Source: an uncultured Methylomirabilota bacterium (GTDB lineage Bacteria > Methylomirabilota > Methylomirabilia > Methylomirabilales > 2-02-FULL-66-22). From it: 64,000 nucleotides of DNA. The DNA lies in contig OY970067.1 of NCBI GenBank assembly GCA_963705305.1, positions 1,024,001-1,088,000 on the forward strand, given 5' to 3'. Below the pieces are notes generated by a model. It was given only the letters and a program-made list of their open reading frames with translations, did no database searches and was not told the origin of the DNA. A program made the position numbers and the translations under genes. Numbering within the stretch: position 1 is the first letter of the stretch; each line of letters starts with the position of its first letter. Positions 40,793 to 49,725 of the stretch are shown here, piece after piece.

Positions 40793-41671
40793 TCAATACA
40801 ACCACTGCACGATCTTGCCGCCCGCGCTCAAGACGAAGCCGCGCCGGCGATGGGCCCAGCACATGTAAGAGACAGAGACGAAGAAGCTGGCAGGCAAGCG
40901 ATTCAGGCTCCCAATCTTGCAGCCCAGAAGCGTCGTCGCCCCGCCGAAGCCCATCGGCCCGATCTCCAGCTTGTTGGCGGTGGCCACGATATCGTTTTCG
41001 AGGGCCGCCAGCGTCAGGTCCGGGTTAACGTCATCCAGCGGCCGGAGGAGCTGCTCCTTCGAATGCAGGAAGCCGGTCGCCCGGTCCCCGCCGATGCAGA
41101 CGCCCAGGATCCCCGGACCGCACCCCTGTCCCTGCGCCTGCAGGACGGCGTCCAGGATGACCTTTCGGACGCCCCCCAGCTCGCGGCTGGCGCCGACCCG
41201 GGTGTCGGGGAGCGAGTACTGCGCTCCGACGTTCTCACACCCCCCGCCTTTCAGGATCAGACGGACGTCCAGTCGCCGTCCGTGATGCTGGTGGAAGTGA
41301 AAGCAGGGACTCCCGGGCCCGAGATTGTTTCCCGTATTCTTGCCCGTGACCGAATTCACCGAGTTCTGCCGCAGGTAGCCGGCGGCGGTCGCCTTGGCGA
41401 CCGCCCCGCTTGCGGCGCGCTCGAAGGCCAGTTGGTCAAACCCGATCGGCGCCTTGACGAAGAACAGGATGCTGCCGGTGTCCTGGCAGACAGGCGCCGA
41501 CTTCCGCTTGGCCAGTTCGATGTTGTCTTGGATGATGTGCATGGCATACCCGCCTCGGCTGCCGTCTCCCTCCCGCGCGGCGCCTCGCCCAATCGCCGCC
41601 ACGACATCGCCCGGCAATTCCGCCGAAGTCCGGCGGATCAACTCCAACAGGTTGGCACTCAAGTTGCGCAT
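40793..41671 (-). CDS. Fe-S fumarate/tartrate hydratase alpha subunit
   Basis: PVCQDTG, LRQN, KGGGCEN, GCGPG, IGPMGFGG, HRLPAS-like NRLPAS, MCWAHRR. Confidence 0.92.
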   Translation of the reverse strand: MRNLSANLLELIRRTSAELPGDVVAAIGRGAAREGDGSRGGYAMHIIQDNIELAKRKSAPVCQDTGSILFFVKAPIGFDQLAFERAASGAVAKATAAGYLRQNSVNSVTGKNTGNNLGPGSPCFHFHQHHGRRLDVRLILKGGGCENVGAQYSLPDTRVGASRELGGVRKVILDAVLQAQGQGCGPGILGVCIGGDRATGFLHSKEQLLRPLDDVNPDLTLAALENDIVATANKLEIGPMGFGGATTLLGCKIGSLNRLPASFFVSVSYMCWAHRRRGFVLSAGGKIVQWLY

Positions 41672-41833
41672 GGGTCCGTTCCTTTTCGGCGCCGCGGATC
41701 GGCGGCCGCCTGCGTGCGACCTTCCGGCCACCCCCCTGCCCATCCGCGCCGCCAGGAGCCCTGTCCCGAGCGGCGCCGGGGGGCGAGGGGGATGTCGCCA
41801 GCCCGTGGTCCCTGTGGCCGGGCGAGGTCGGGC

Positions 41834-44362
41834 CTACGCCTGGGCGAGCAAGCCGAGCTTTCCCTCGTAGATGAACGTCCGGGCGTTCTCGGCGATCACC
41901 TCGGGATCAACCTGCAGCCGGGCCACACCGGTCTCCATGGCGGCCGTGGCCACCGCCTTGGCGACGGCCACCGGCACGCGGAAGTCCAGCATGTAGGGCA
42001 GGATGTACTCCGGCTTCAGCTCCTTCGCGCTCACCAGGTTCGCGATGGCGTGGGCCGCCGCGATCTTCATGGCGTCGTTGATCTCGCGGGCGCGGACATC
42101 CAGGGCGCCGCGGAAGATGCCCGGGAAGCCCAGGGAGTTGTTCACCTGGTTCTCGAAGTCCGACCGGCCGGTGGCCACCACGGCGGCCCCGCCGGCCTTG
42201 GCCTCCTCCGGAAAGATCTCGGGGACGGGGTTCGCCATGGCGAAAATGATGGGGTCCTTCGCCATCGTCCGCACCATCTCCGGGGTCACCGCCTTGGCCA
42301 CCGAGAGCCCGACGAACACGTCGGCCCCCACCAGGGCGTCGGCCAGCGCGCCGCTGCGGCGCTCCTTGTTCGTGATGCAGGCCATCTCGGCCTTGACCGG
42401 GTTCATCCCCTTGGGCCGCCCTTCGACCACGATCCCCTGGCTGTCGCACAGGATCAGGTCCTTCACGCCGACCTTCAGGAACAGCCGGGCCACGGCGATG
42501 GAGGCGGCCCCGGCCCCGTTCAGGACCACGCGGGCGTCGGCCACGCTCCGCCCGGTGATCTTCAGGGCGTTCAGGAGCGCTGCCAGCACGATGACCGCCG
42601 TCCCGTGCTGGTCGTCGTGCATGACCGGGATATCCAGCTCTTTCTTGAGCCGGTCCTCGACCGCGAAGCAGCGCGGTGCGGCAATGTCCTCCAGATTGAT
42701 GCCGCCGAAGACCGGGGAGATGGCCTTGACCACCGCCACGATCTCCTCAACGTCCTGGGTGGCGATGCAGACCGGGAAGGCCTCCACGCCGCCGAAGGTC
42801 TTGAAGAGCACGGCCTTGCCCTCCATGACGGGCATGGCGGCCCGGGCGCCAATGTTGCCGAGACCAAGGACCGCGCTCCCGTCCGAGACCACCGCCACCA
42901 GGTTCCCCTTGGCGGTGAGGTCGTAGACCTTGGCCGGGTCCTTCAGGATGGCCTCGGCGGGCAGCGTCGAGCCGGGGGGCAGGTACAGCAGGCTCAAGAT
43001 GTTGGCGTCCCGGATGGGCACTTTGCTCACCACCTGGAGCTTCCCGCGGAAGCGGCGATGCAGGTCCAGGGCTTCCTCTTTTTGCGTGAGCGGCTTTCCG
43101 GCGGCTCGGGGCTCGACCGGGAAGCTGCCCTCGTAGATAAAGCGCTGGAGCCGATCCTCGATCTCGGCCGGCTCCATGGTCTTGCGGGCATCGCCCGCGG
43201 CCATGGCCACCTTCGCCACGGCGACGGCGAGGGCGCGGGCGACCCGATATTCGAAGATCGGCGGGATGATCCGCTCGGGACCCATCTGGTCGGCGGGCAC
43301 GCAGTCGGCCAGGGCCTTGGCGGCCGCCAGCAGCATCTGGGTGGTGACGTTGCGGGCTTGGACGTCCAGGAGCCCGCGCAGCACCCCCGGGAAGACCAGC
43401 GCAATGTCGAGCTGGTTCGGGTAATCCGATCGGCCCGTCGCCACGATTGCGGCCCCGGCCTGCTTGGCCTCGGCGGGCGTAATCTCCGGCGTGGGGACCG
43501 CCAGGGCGAACACGATCGCATCCCGCGCCATGGACGAGACGCATGCGGGCGAGACGGCGCCGGCCGCCGACAGGCCAATCAGCACGTCGGCGCCGCGCAC
43601 CGCCTCGGCCAGCGGCCCGCTGAAATCGTGCGGGTTGGTCTGACGCGCGATCTCCGCCTTGGCCCAGTTCATGTTGGTCGGCCGGTACTTGTGAATGGCG
43701 CCGGCCCGGTCGCAGACGACGACGTTCTGGGCCCCCGCGGCCGCCAGGAGGCGCGCCGTGCCGATCCCGGCCGACCCGGCGCCGAGGATGATGATGCGGG
43801 CGTCCTCCAGCCGCTTCCCCACCAGCGGCAGGGCGTTGGTGAGCCCCGCCAGGACCATCACGCCGGCGCCGTGCGCGTGGTTGTGGAAGATTGGGACGTT
43901 CACGGCCCGCTGCAGCCGATCCTCTAGCGAGAAACAGTTCGGGGAGGCGATGTCTTCCAGGCAAAAGGCGCCGAAGGTGGGCGCCAGCATGGTCACGCTC
44001 TGGACCAGTTCGTCGAGGGTGCGCACCTCGAGACACATGGGCAGCGCATCGATCCCGGCGAATGTCTTGAAGATGACCGACTTCCCCTCCATGGCCGGCA
44101 AAGCGGCCCGCGGTCCCGGAGAGCCCATGCCGAAGAGCGCCGAGCCATCGGTGATCAGCGCCACCGTGTTGCCGCGGCAGGTGTACTCGAACGAGGCCTG
44201 GGGGTCCTTGTGGATGGCGAGACACGGCTCGGCGACCCCCGGGGTGTAGACGAGGCTCAGCGTGGCCCGGTCCTTGACCGGGACCTTGCTCTCCACCCCG
44301 ATCAAGCCTCGATGCCGGTAGCGGTAGTCCAATGCCTCCTGGGCGTCGTGCTGATGCGACAT
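41834..44362 (-). CDS. Tandem-duplicated NAD(P)-dependent malic enzyme
   Basis: Two full small-ME repeats, each with GN.VA...DGSA, MEGK..FKTF, LEDIA, ATGRSD, FPG..RG.LDV.AR. Confidence 0.9.
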   Translation of the reverse strand: MSHQHDAQEALDYRYRHRGLIGVESKVPVKDRATLSLVYTPGVAEPCLAIHKDPQASFEYTCRGNTVALITDGSALFGMGSPGPRAALPAMEGKSVIFKTFAGIDALPMCLEVRTLDELVQSVTMLAPTFGAFCLEDIASPNCFSLEDRLQRAVNVPIFHNHAHGAGVMVLAGLTNALPLVGKRLEDARIIILGAGSAGIGTARLLAAAGAQNVVVCDRAGAIHKYRPTNMNWAKAEIARQTNPHDFSGPLAEAVRGADVLIGLSAAGAVSPACVSSMARDAIVFALAVPTPEITPAEAKQAGAAIVATGRSDYPNQLDIALVFPGVLRGLLDVQARNVTTQMLLAAAKALADCVPADQMGPERIIPPIFEYRVARALAVAVAKVAMAAGDARKTMEPAEIEDRLQRFIYEGSFPVEPRAAGKPLTQKEEALDLHRRFRGKLQVVSKVPIRDANILSLLYLPPGSTLPAEAILKDPAKVYDLTAKGNLVAVVSDGSAVLGLGNIGARAAMPVMEGKAVLFKTFGGVEAFPVCIATQDVEEIVAVVKAISPVFGGINLEDIAAPRCFAVEDRLKKELDIPVMHDDQHGTAVIVLAALLNALKITGRSVADARVVLNGAGAASIAVARLFLKVGVKDLILCDSQGIVVEGRPKGMNPVKAEMACITNKERRSGALADALVGADVFVGLSVAKAVTPEMVRTMAKDPIIFAMANPVPEIFPEEAKAGGAAVVATGRSDFENQVNNSLGFPGIFRGALDVRAREINDAMKIAAAHAIANLVSAKELKPEYILPYMLDFRVPVAVAKAVATAAMETGVARLQVDPEVIAENARTFIYEGKLGLLAQA

Positions 44363-44416
44363 GGGCGACTCCTTTCCCGTTGCGAGCTGCGCCACGGCTT
44401 CCTGGCCGGCGAGCCG

Positions 44417-45799
44417 TCAGGCGTGCGCGGGCGCGGTCTTTCGGCTACGGATCTCCTCTTCCTTTCCGACCTCCGACAGCTCGAGGTGCTTCGTCTCGGG
44501 CGAGAACATCAAGCTGACGAAGGTGATCACGGCGCCGACGGTCAGGATCACGGCCGGCGAGAGCCACATGTCCTGCCCCTCGATGGCACTGATGAACGGA
44601 ATCTTGTGGGCCCACCACACATAGATGCTGAACCAGGCGCCGATGAGCGCGCCCGCCGAGTAGCCGAAGCCCACCCCGGCGGCCCGCCGCTGGGTGGGGA
44701 ACCGCTCACAGAGATAGGCGGGGACAATGCCCCAGGCCAGCTTCAGCATGGCTGCCATGGTCGTGCCCAGGACCGCCATCCAGAGGTCCCGCGCGACGGC
44801 GGCATGATACAGGACATAGTAGACGGGGATCCCGAAGACCACCAGAAAGACGCAGTACCACTGGGTCAGGATCTTCCGGCCGGTGAAATCCGACAGCCAG
44901 CCGTACAGGTTGTACCCGAGAAACGCCATGAAGAGGGCAAAGCCGTAGATCAGGCTGTACGTGGTGGTGTCGAAGCCGCGGCCCTGGAGGGTCAGGATGT
45001 TTGGCAGGAATCCATAGACCGAGTAGTCGGTGAGGAACAGCCCGGTCATGAAGGCGAAGACCTGCAGGAAGGTCCACAGCGCGGGCGGCTTGAAGAGGCT
45101 GAAGAACGGGGACTTCTCGATGACCCCCGCCTTCTTGGTCTTCTCGAATTCCGGCGATTCATGCAGGACCCGCCGGATGTACAGCGCCAGGAATACCGGC
45201 ACGACACCCGTGATGAACGTGATCCGCCAGCCGTATGCCGCCATCGCCTCTCGTCCCAGTCCGGCGGCGATCGCGGCGAAGACGAGGGAGGCGAACACGT
45301 AGCCCAGGGCGAAGCCCGACTGGACGAAGCCGCCAATCGCCCCCCGGCGGGCGCGCGGCGCGTGCTCGATGGCGAAGGTGTGTCCGACCGCGTACTCACC
45401 CCCGAAGAAGCAGCCCATCAGGAACCGCAGGACGCAGAAAAGCACATACGCCCACACGCCGATCTCGGCGTAGGTGGGCAAAAGGCCGCCCAGCACCGAC
45501 ATCACGCCGACGCCGCCGATGGTGAGCATCAGCAGGAAGCGGCGGCCGACCTTGTCGCCGTAGTGGCCGAAGAAGGCCGAGCCGACCGGCCGCGCCGCCA
45601 TGGTGATGGAGTAGGTGAAGAGAATGGTGATGTACTGCCACGCAGCGCTGCCTTTGGGTGACGCGAAGACCTTCACCAAGATCGGGGCCATGACGATCAC
45701 GAGCGCCATGTCGTACGCGTCCATCATGAACCCGAGCATCTGCGAGACCATTGCCAGCTTGGCATCCCGTGTGAGTGTGGAACTCGCCTCGTTCGCCAT
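44417..45799 (-). CDS. MFS transporter (metabolite:H+ symporter type)
   Basis: MDAYD, ARPVGSAFFGHYGDKVGRR, RFLMGCFFGGEY, EHAPRARRG, ERFPTQRRA. Confidence 0.92.
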   Translation of the reverse strand: MANEASSTLTRDAKLAMVSQMLGFMMDAYDMALVIVMAPILVKVFASPKGSAAWQYITILFTYSITMAARPVGSAFFGHYGDKVGRRFLLMLTIGGVGVMSVLGGLLPTYAEIGVWAYVLFCVLRFLMGCFFGGEYAVGHTFAIEHAPRARRGAIGGFVQSGFALGYVFASLVFAAIAAGLGREAMAAYGWRITFITGVVPVFLALYIRRVLHESPEFEKTKKAGVIEKSPFFSLFKPPALWTFLQVFAFMTGLFLTDYSVYGFLPNILTLQGRGFDTTTYSLIYGFALFMAFLGYNLYGWLSDFTGRKILTQWYCVFLVVFGIPVYYVLYHAAVARDLWMAVLGTTMAAMLKLAWGIVPAYLCERFPTQRRAAGVGFGYSAGALIGAWFSIYVWWAHKIPFISAIEGQDMWLSPAVILTVGAVITFVSLMFSPETKHLELSEVGKEEEIRSRKTAPAHA

Positions 45800-45885
45800 G
45801 TTGGAGCTCCTTCTGGTCGTGCAGGCCCAATGCGACGCGCCCCAGCCCCTGCGGCGGGGCGGACCCCCTTCCGGCGCGGAGACCT

Positions 45886-46266
45886 TCAAGCAGGCTCGGA
45901 GGCCGATGGGGCGGCCGTGGCGGCCGCCAGCCCCCGCAGGTGGGCCCGCGGGCGAAAGATCGCGCGCTCAGGGTGGGAAGCCGCCCCCAACCGAAGGCGG
46001 CTGGCCGGCTTCCCCGTCTGCGTGGTTGTGCCCAGGTGGAGGGGGGAGAGCGGGCGGCGGGGAGTTTCCGGGGCGAGCAGCGCCGCGTCGATTTGCGCCG
46101 CGTCGGCCGGGCCGTAGACAAGCAAGGCAAACGGGACGACGGTGAGGGAATCGAAATCCGGGAGATCCAGGGCCAGGCAAAAGGCGAGCACCAGAAGCCC
46201 GAGGAACCACACTGTGCCCTCTGCCCCCGATCGTCGCCGGCGGCCGAATTTCGCCGTGTTCTTCAC
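45886..46266 (-). CDS. Putative membrane-anchored leader peptide, copy 3 (upstream of the MFS/malic enzyme operon)
   Basis: RRRR, hydrophobic segment, LDLPDFDS, Pro-rich linker, RPRAHLRG...SEPA. Confidence 0.6.
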   Translation of the reverse strand: MKNTAKFGRRRRSGAEGTVWFLGLLVLAFCLALDLPDFDSLTVVPFALLVYGPADAAQIDAALLAPETPRRPLSPLHLGTTTQTGKPASRLRLGAASHPERAIFRPRAHLRGLAAATAAPSASEPA

Positions 46267-46467
46267 GCGTTAGCCTCCGCCCCGGAAACAAGACCCCCGA
46301 CCGTAGCCTCGTCGGGGAAGGCTTGCACTCGCAATGGCCAACGCGTGGAGAAAACGGTCATGGCCGTTATCCCGTGCCCTGGGCGCCACTCGTGCTTCTG
46401 TACGCGGAAGTATGGACCTCCGGCAGGAACGAGGTATCGGGAGAACACCGGATTTTTCGAGAATTTC

Positions 46468-46507
46468 ATGGGGGAAGCCCCTGCGGTGAGATCAGGGAGA
46501 ACCCTGA
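46468..46507. promoter_or_regulatory. Inverted-repeat boxes, possible NarL-family operator
   Basis: TCAGGG-AGAA-CCCTGA at 46492-46507 and a related ATGGGGGAAGCCCCTG at 46468-46483. Confidence 0.45.
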
Positions 46508-46688
46508 ACGAGGTCTCGCGATCGCGGTTCGGAGGCCCACACAAAGGGCGCCGGGCGCTTGACGGAGGTTGTTGGAACTGCTAGAAGGACGCCGGGAGGA
46601 GGGGTGCGAGCCAAATCGATCGCCGGCTCGCCGCGGCTGCGAAGAGTTGCGGAACAGGTGGTCCGGGCATGTCCTCAAGGGGCCACCC

Positions 46689-48971
46689 ATGAGCAACGAG
46701 GCGAATGGGCGCAATCCCTGCCTCCAGGGTGGGAATGACGGGATGGAATCCCGCCCAGCCCAGGAGGAGGCGCGCCTCTGTATCCGGCGGCTCGAAGCGG
46801 TCTGCGCTTTCTGTCGGGAAATCACCTCCGAGTCCGACCTGCCTGCGCTTCTCGGTCTCATTCCCCGGCGATCCTGCGAACTCTTGGGTGCGGACTCGGC
46901 TGCGCTGTGGGTGTATGACGAGCAAGCCGAAACGCTCTCGCCTTCCGTCTGGCCCCCGGATGACCGGTGGCCGCAGGATCTGCGGCTCCGCCTCGGCGAA
47001 GGAGTCGCGGGAACGGCGGCCGCGCGCCGTGAGGGCCTCACCGTCAATTGCTACCGCACCTCTCCCTGGGCCCTTCCGTTCTTCCTCGATCACACCCGCG
47101 TGAGCGCCCTGATGGCCGAGCCGCTGCTCTCCGGCGATCGGCTGCTGGGCGTCATCGCGCTCGGCACCGACGACCCGGCGCAGGTCTTCACCAGCGACGA
47201 TCGCCGGGCGCTGGCGCTTCTCGCCCCCCACGCCGCCATCGCGCTGGAGGACGCCCGGCTCCAGACCGCCACCCTCCGGCGTTGGAACGAGTCCCAGGCC
47301 CTCCTGCAGGGGGCCCGGGGTCTCATGGGGACCCTGGAGCTGCCGGGTGTGCTGTCCCCCCTGGTCGCCGAAGCCGCCAGGATGACGGGGAGTTCCGTCG
47401 CGGTATACGTGCTGAACGCCGAGGAGGGCGCGCTCGAGCTGGGAGCGCAATCGGAGGAGGGACTACTGTCGGCGGGGCCCTGCTGTCCGATCGGCTCGGG
47501 CCTGTCCGGACTCGTCGCCGAAAGGTGCGCCCCCATCTTCAGCCCCGATGTCACGGCCGATCCCCGCAATCCGACCCGCGCGCGCGACAAGAGGCTGGGG
47601 TTTCGCACCTACCTGGGGCTTCCCTTGATGATCCGAAATGCGCTGGTCGGCGTGCTGGCCCTCTACACGCGGGAAGCTCGCGCATATACCGCCGAGCAGC
47701 TCGCCTACCTCGGCTCCTTCGCCGGCCAGGCCGCGCTCGGCATTGAGAACGCGCGCCTTCACGCCGAGGCGGCACGCCAGCAGCGGGAGGCGGAGCTCTT
47801 CGCCGACCTCACGACCCAGCTCAACGCGTCCCTCGACCTGGACACGGTGCTTTCCCAGGTCGCCGCGGCGGCCCGCGAACTGTGCGCGGCGGACTTGGCC
47901 CAGTTGGCGCTGCGCGACGCCGACTCCGGGGCGCTCGTCTTCCGCTACCTCGCCGGGACCCGGTACGAAGATTACGATCAGGTCCGCATCGAGCCCGGCA
48001 AGGGCGTCGGGGGCCGCGTCCTGGTCAGCGGGGAGCCGTTCCGGACCGCCAACTACGCCGGGGACACCCGCATCACCAAGGATTACCTGGAGCGCATGCT
48101 GGCCGAGGGCATGGTCGCGGTGCTGGCTGTGCCGATCAAGAGCGCCGACCTCCCGGAGGGGGTTCTGTACGCCTATAACCGCACGTCGCGCCCCTTCTCG
48201 GATCGGGACGAGGCCACCCTGCTCCGACTGGCGGCCCAGGCGGCGGTCGCCATTAAGAATGCCCAGCTCTATCAGGAGCTCCGGACACACCGGGATACGC
48301 TTCGGTCGCTCTCGGCCAAGATCGTCACCGTGCGGGAGGAAGAGGCCAAGCGGATGGCCCGCGAACTGCACGACGAAGTGGGCCAGACGTTGACGTCGGT
48401 GCTGCTCGGCCTCCAAGGCCTGCAGACGCTCGATGACGCGGCAGAGGTGGGCGGGCGGGCCCGCGAGATCGCCGGCCTGGTCAAGGCAAGCCTGGAGGAG
48501 GTTCACCGGATCGTCCAGGCGCTCCGGCCCACGGCGCTGGACCATGCCGGGCTGGTGCCCGCGCTGGAGCGCCACATCCAGGTCCAGGCGGCAGCCACGG
48601 GGCTGCGGATCGATTTTTGCGCCCCGGGCGTCGAGGGCCTGCCCCTGCCGGACGAGGTGGCCAGCACACTCTTTCGCATCGTCCAGGAGGCGCTGACCAA
48701 CGTGGCCAAACACGCGGATGCGCGCTCGGTCACCGTGATGCTGGCCCGGCGCGGCAGCCGCCTGGCGCTGACGGTCGAGGACGATGGCCGCGGCTTCGAT
48801 CCCACCGAGCTGCGCCGTGTGGGTGGGGCCGATCCAGGCCTTGGCCTGGTCGGCATCGAGGAGCGGACCCAGCACCTGGGGGGTGAGCTCAAGGTGCAGT
48901 CCGCCCGGGGGAACGGGACCACCCTGGTGGTGGAGATCCCGCTCTCGTCCATGGAGGGTGAATCCCGGTGA
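46689..48971 (+). CDS. Cytoplasmic three-GAF sensor histidine kinase (HisKA_3)
   Basis: Three GAF-like repeats ending A.QAA.A..NA.L; EAKRMARELHDEVGQ, QEALTNVAKH, DDGRGF, GLGL. Start uncertain. Confidence 0.9.
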   Translation: MSNEANGRNPCLQGGNDGMESRPAQEEARLCIRRLEAVCAFCREITSESDLPALLGLIPRRSCELLGADSAALWVYDEQAETLSPSVWPPDDRWPQDLRLRLGEGVAGTAAARREGLTVNCYRTSPWALPFFLDHTRVSALMAEPLLSGDRLLGVIALGTDDPAQVFTSDDRRALALLAPHAAIALEDARLQTATLRRWNESQALLQGARGLMGTLELPGVLSPLVAEAARMTGSSVAVYVLNAEEGALELGAQSEEGLLSAGPCCPIGSGLSGLVAERCAPIFSPDVTADPRNPTRARDKRLGFRTYLGLPLMIRNALVGVLALYTREARAYTAEQLAYLGSFAGQAALGIENARLHAEAARQQREAELFADLTTQLNASLDLDTVLSQVAAAARELCAADLAQLALRDADSGALVFRYLAGTRYEDYDQVRIEPGKGVGGRVLVSGEPFRTANYAGDTRITKDYLERMLAEGMVAVLAVPIKSADLPEGVLYAYNRTSRPFSDRDEATLLRLAAQAAVAIKNAQLYQELRTHRDTLRSLSAKIVTVREEEAKRMARELHDEVGQTLTSVLLGLQGLQTLDDAAEVGGRAREIAGLVKASLEEVHRIVQALRPTALDHAGLVPALERHIQVQAAATGLRIDFCAPGVEGLPLPDEVASTLFRIVQEALTNVAKHADARSVTVMLARRGSRLALTVEDDGRGFDPTELRRVGGADPGLGLVGIEERTQHLGGELKVQSARGNGTTLVVEIPLSSMEGESR

Positions 48972-49639
48972 AGAAGATGCGCATCCTGGTGGTGGACGAC
49001 CACCCCATTGTTCGCAACGGCCTCCGCGGCCTCCTCAACGCCCAGGCCGACATGGAGGTCGTTGGTGAGGCGGGCGACGCAGGCGAGACACTGGCCCTGG
49101 CCGAGCGGCTGCGACCCGACATCGTGCTCCTCGACCTCAACCTGCCGGGGGGCGGTGGCCTGCCGATCATCCGCGTCGTAAAGGAGAAAGTCCCGGGAGC
49201 CCGTGTGCTGGTGCTGACGATGCAGGAAGACTTGGCGGTCGTCCGCGATGCGCTGCGCGCAGGGGGATCCGGGTACCTGGTCAAGAAGGCGGTGGATGCC
49301 GAGTTGCTCCTGGCGCTGCGGGCCGTCCAGCGCGGCGAGATCTACGTCCACTCCTCCCTGACGCAGGCGCTGTGGACCGGCGCGACCCCGGGCTCACCGT
49401 CGGAGACTCCCCCGGCGGACCGCTTCGAGCTGCTGAGCAAGCGGGAGAAGGAAACCTTCCAGTGGCTCGTCCGCGGCTACAGCAACCAGGAGATCGCCGA
49501 CAAGCTCTGCGTCAGCGTGAAGACGGTGGAGAGCCACCGTGCGCACGTGCTCGAGAAGCTCTCCCTCCACTCCCGCGCCGATCTCGTCCGCTACGCTCTG
49601 AGCCACAGCCTCCTGACCTTGGACGAATCCCCCCGGTAG
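48968..49639 (+). CDS. NarL/LuxR-family response regulator
   Basis: VVDDHPIVRNG, DIVLLDL, LSKREKE...GYSNQEIA...SVKTVESHR. Confidence 0.94.
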   Translation: MKKMRILVVDDHPIVRNGLRGLLNAQADMEVVGEAGDAGETLALAERLRPDIVLLDLNLPGGGGLPIIRVVKEKVPGARVLVLTMQEDLAVVRDALRAGGSGYLVKKAVDAELLLALRAVQRGEIYVHSSLTQALWTGATPGSPSETPPADRFELLSKREKETFQWLVRGYSNQEIADKLCVSVKTVESHRAHVLEKLSLHSRADLVRYALSHSLLTLDESPR

Positions 49640-49725
49640 CCGGCTCGCCCGGCGGGCGGCCGCGCTCATCGTCAGGCGAGGCCGGCATGCGTCACCGCCG
49701 ACACGGCGGAAGCGTGCCGCTGCGG

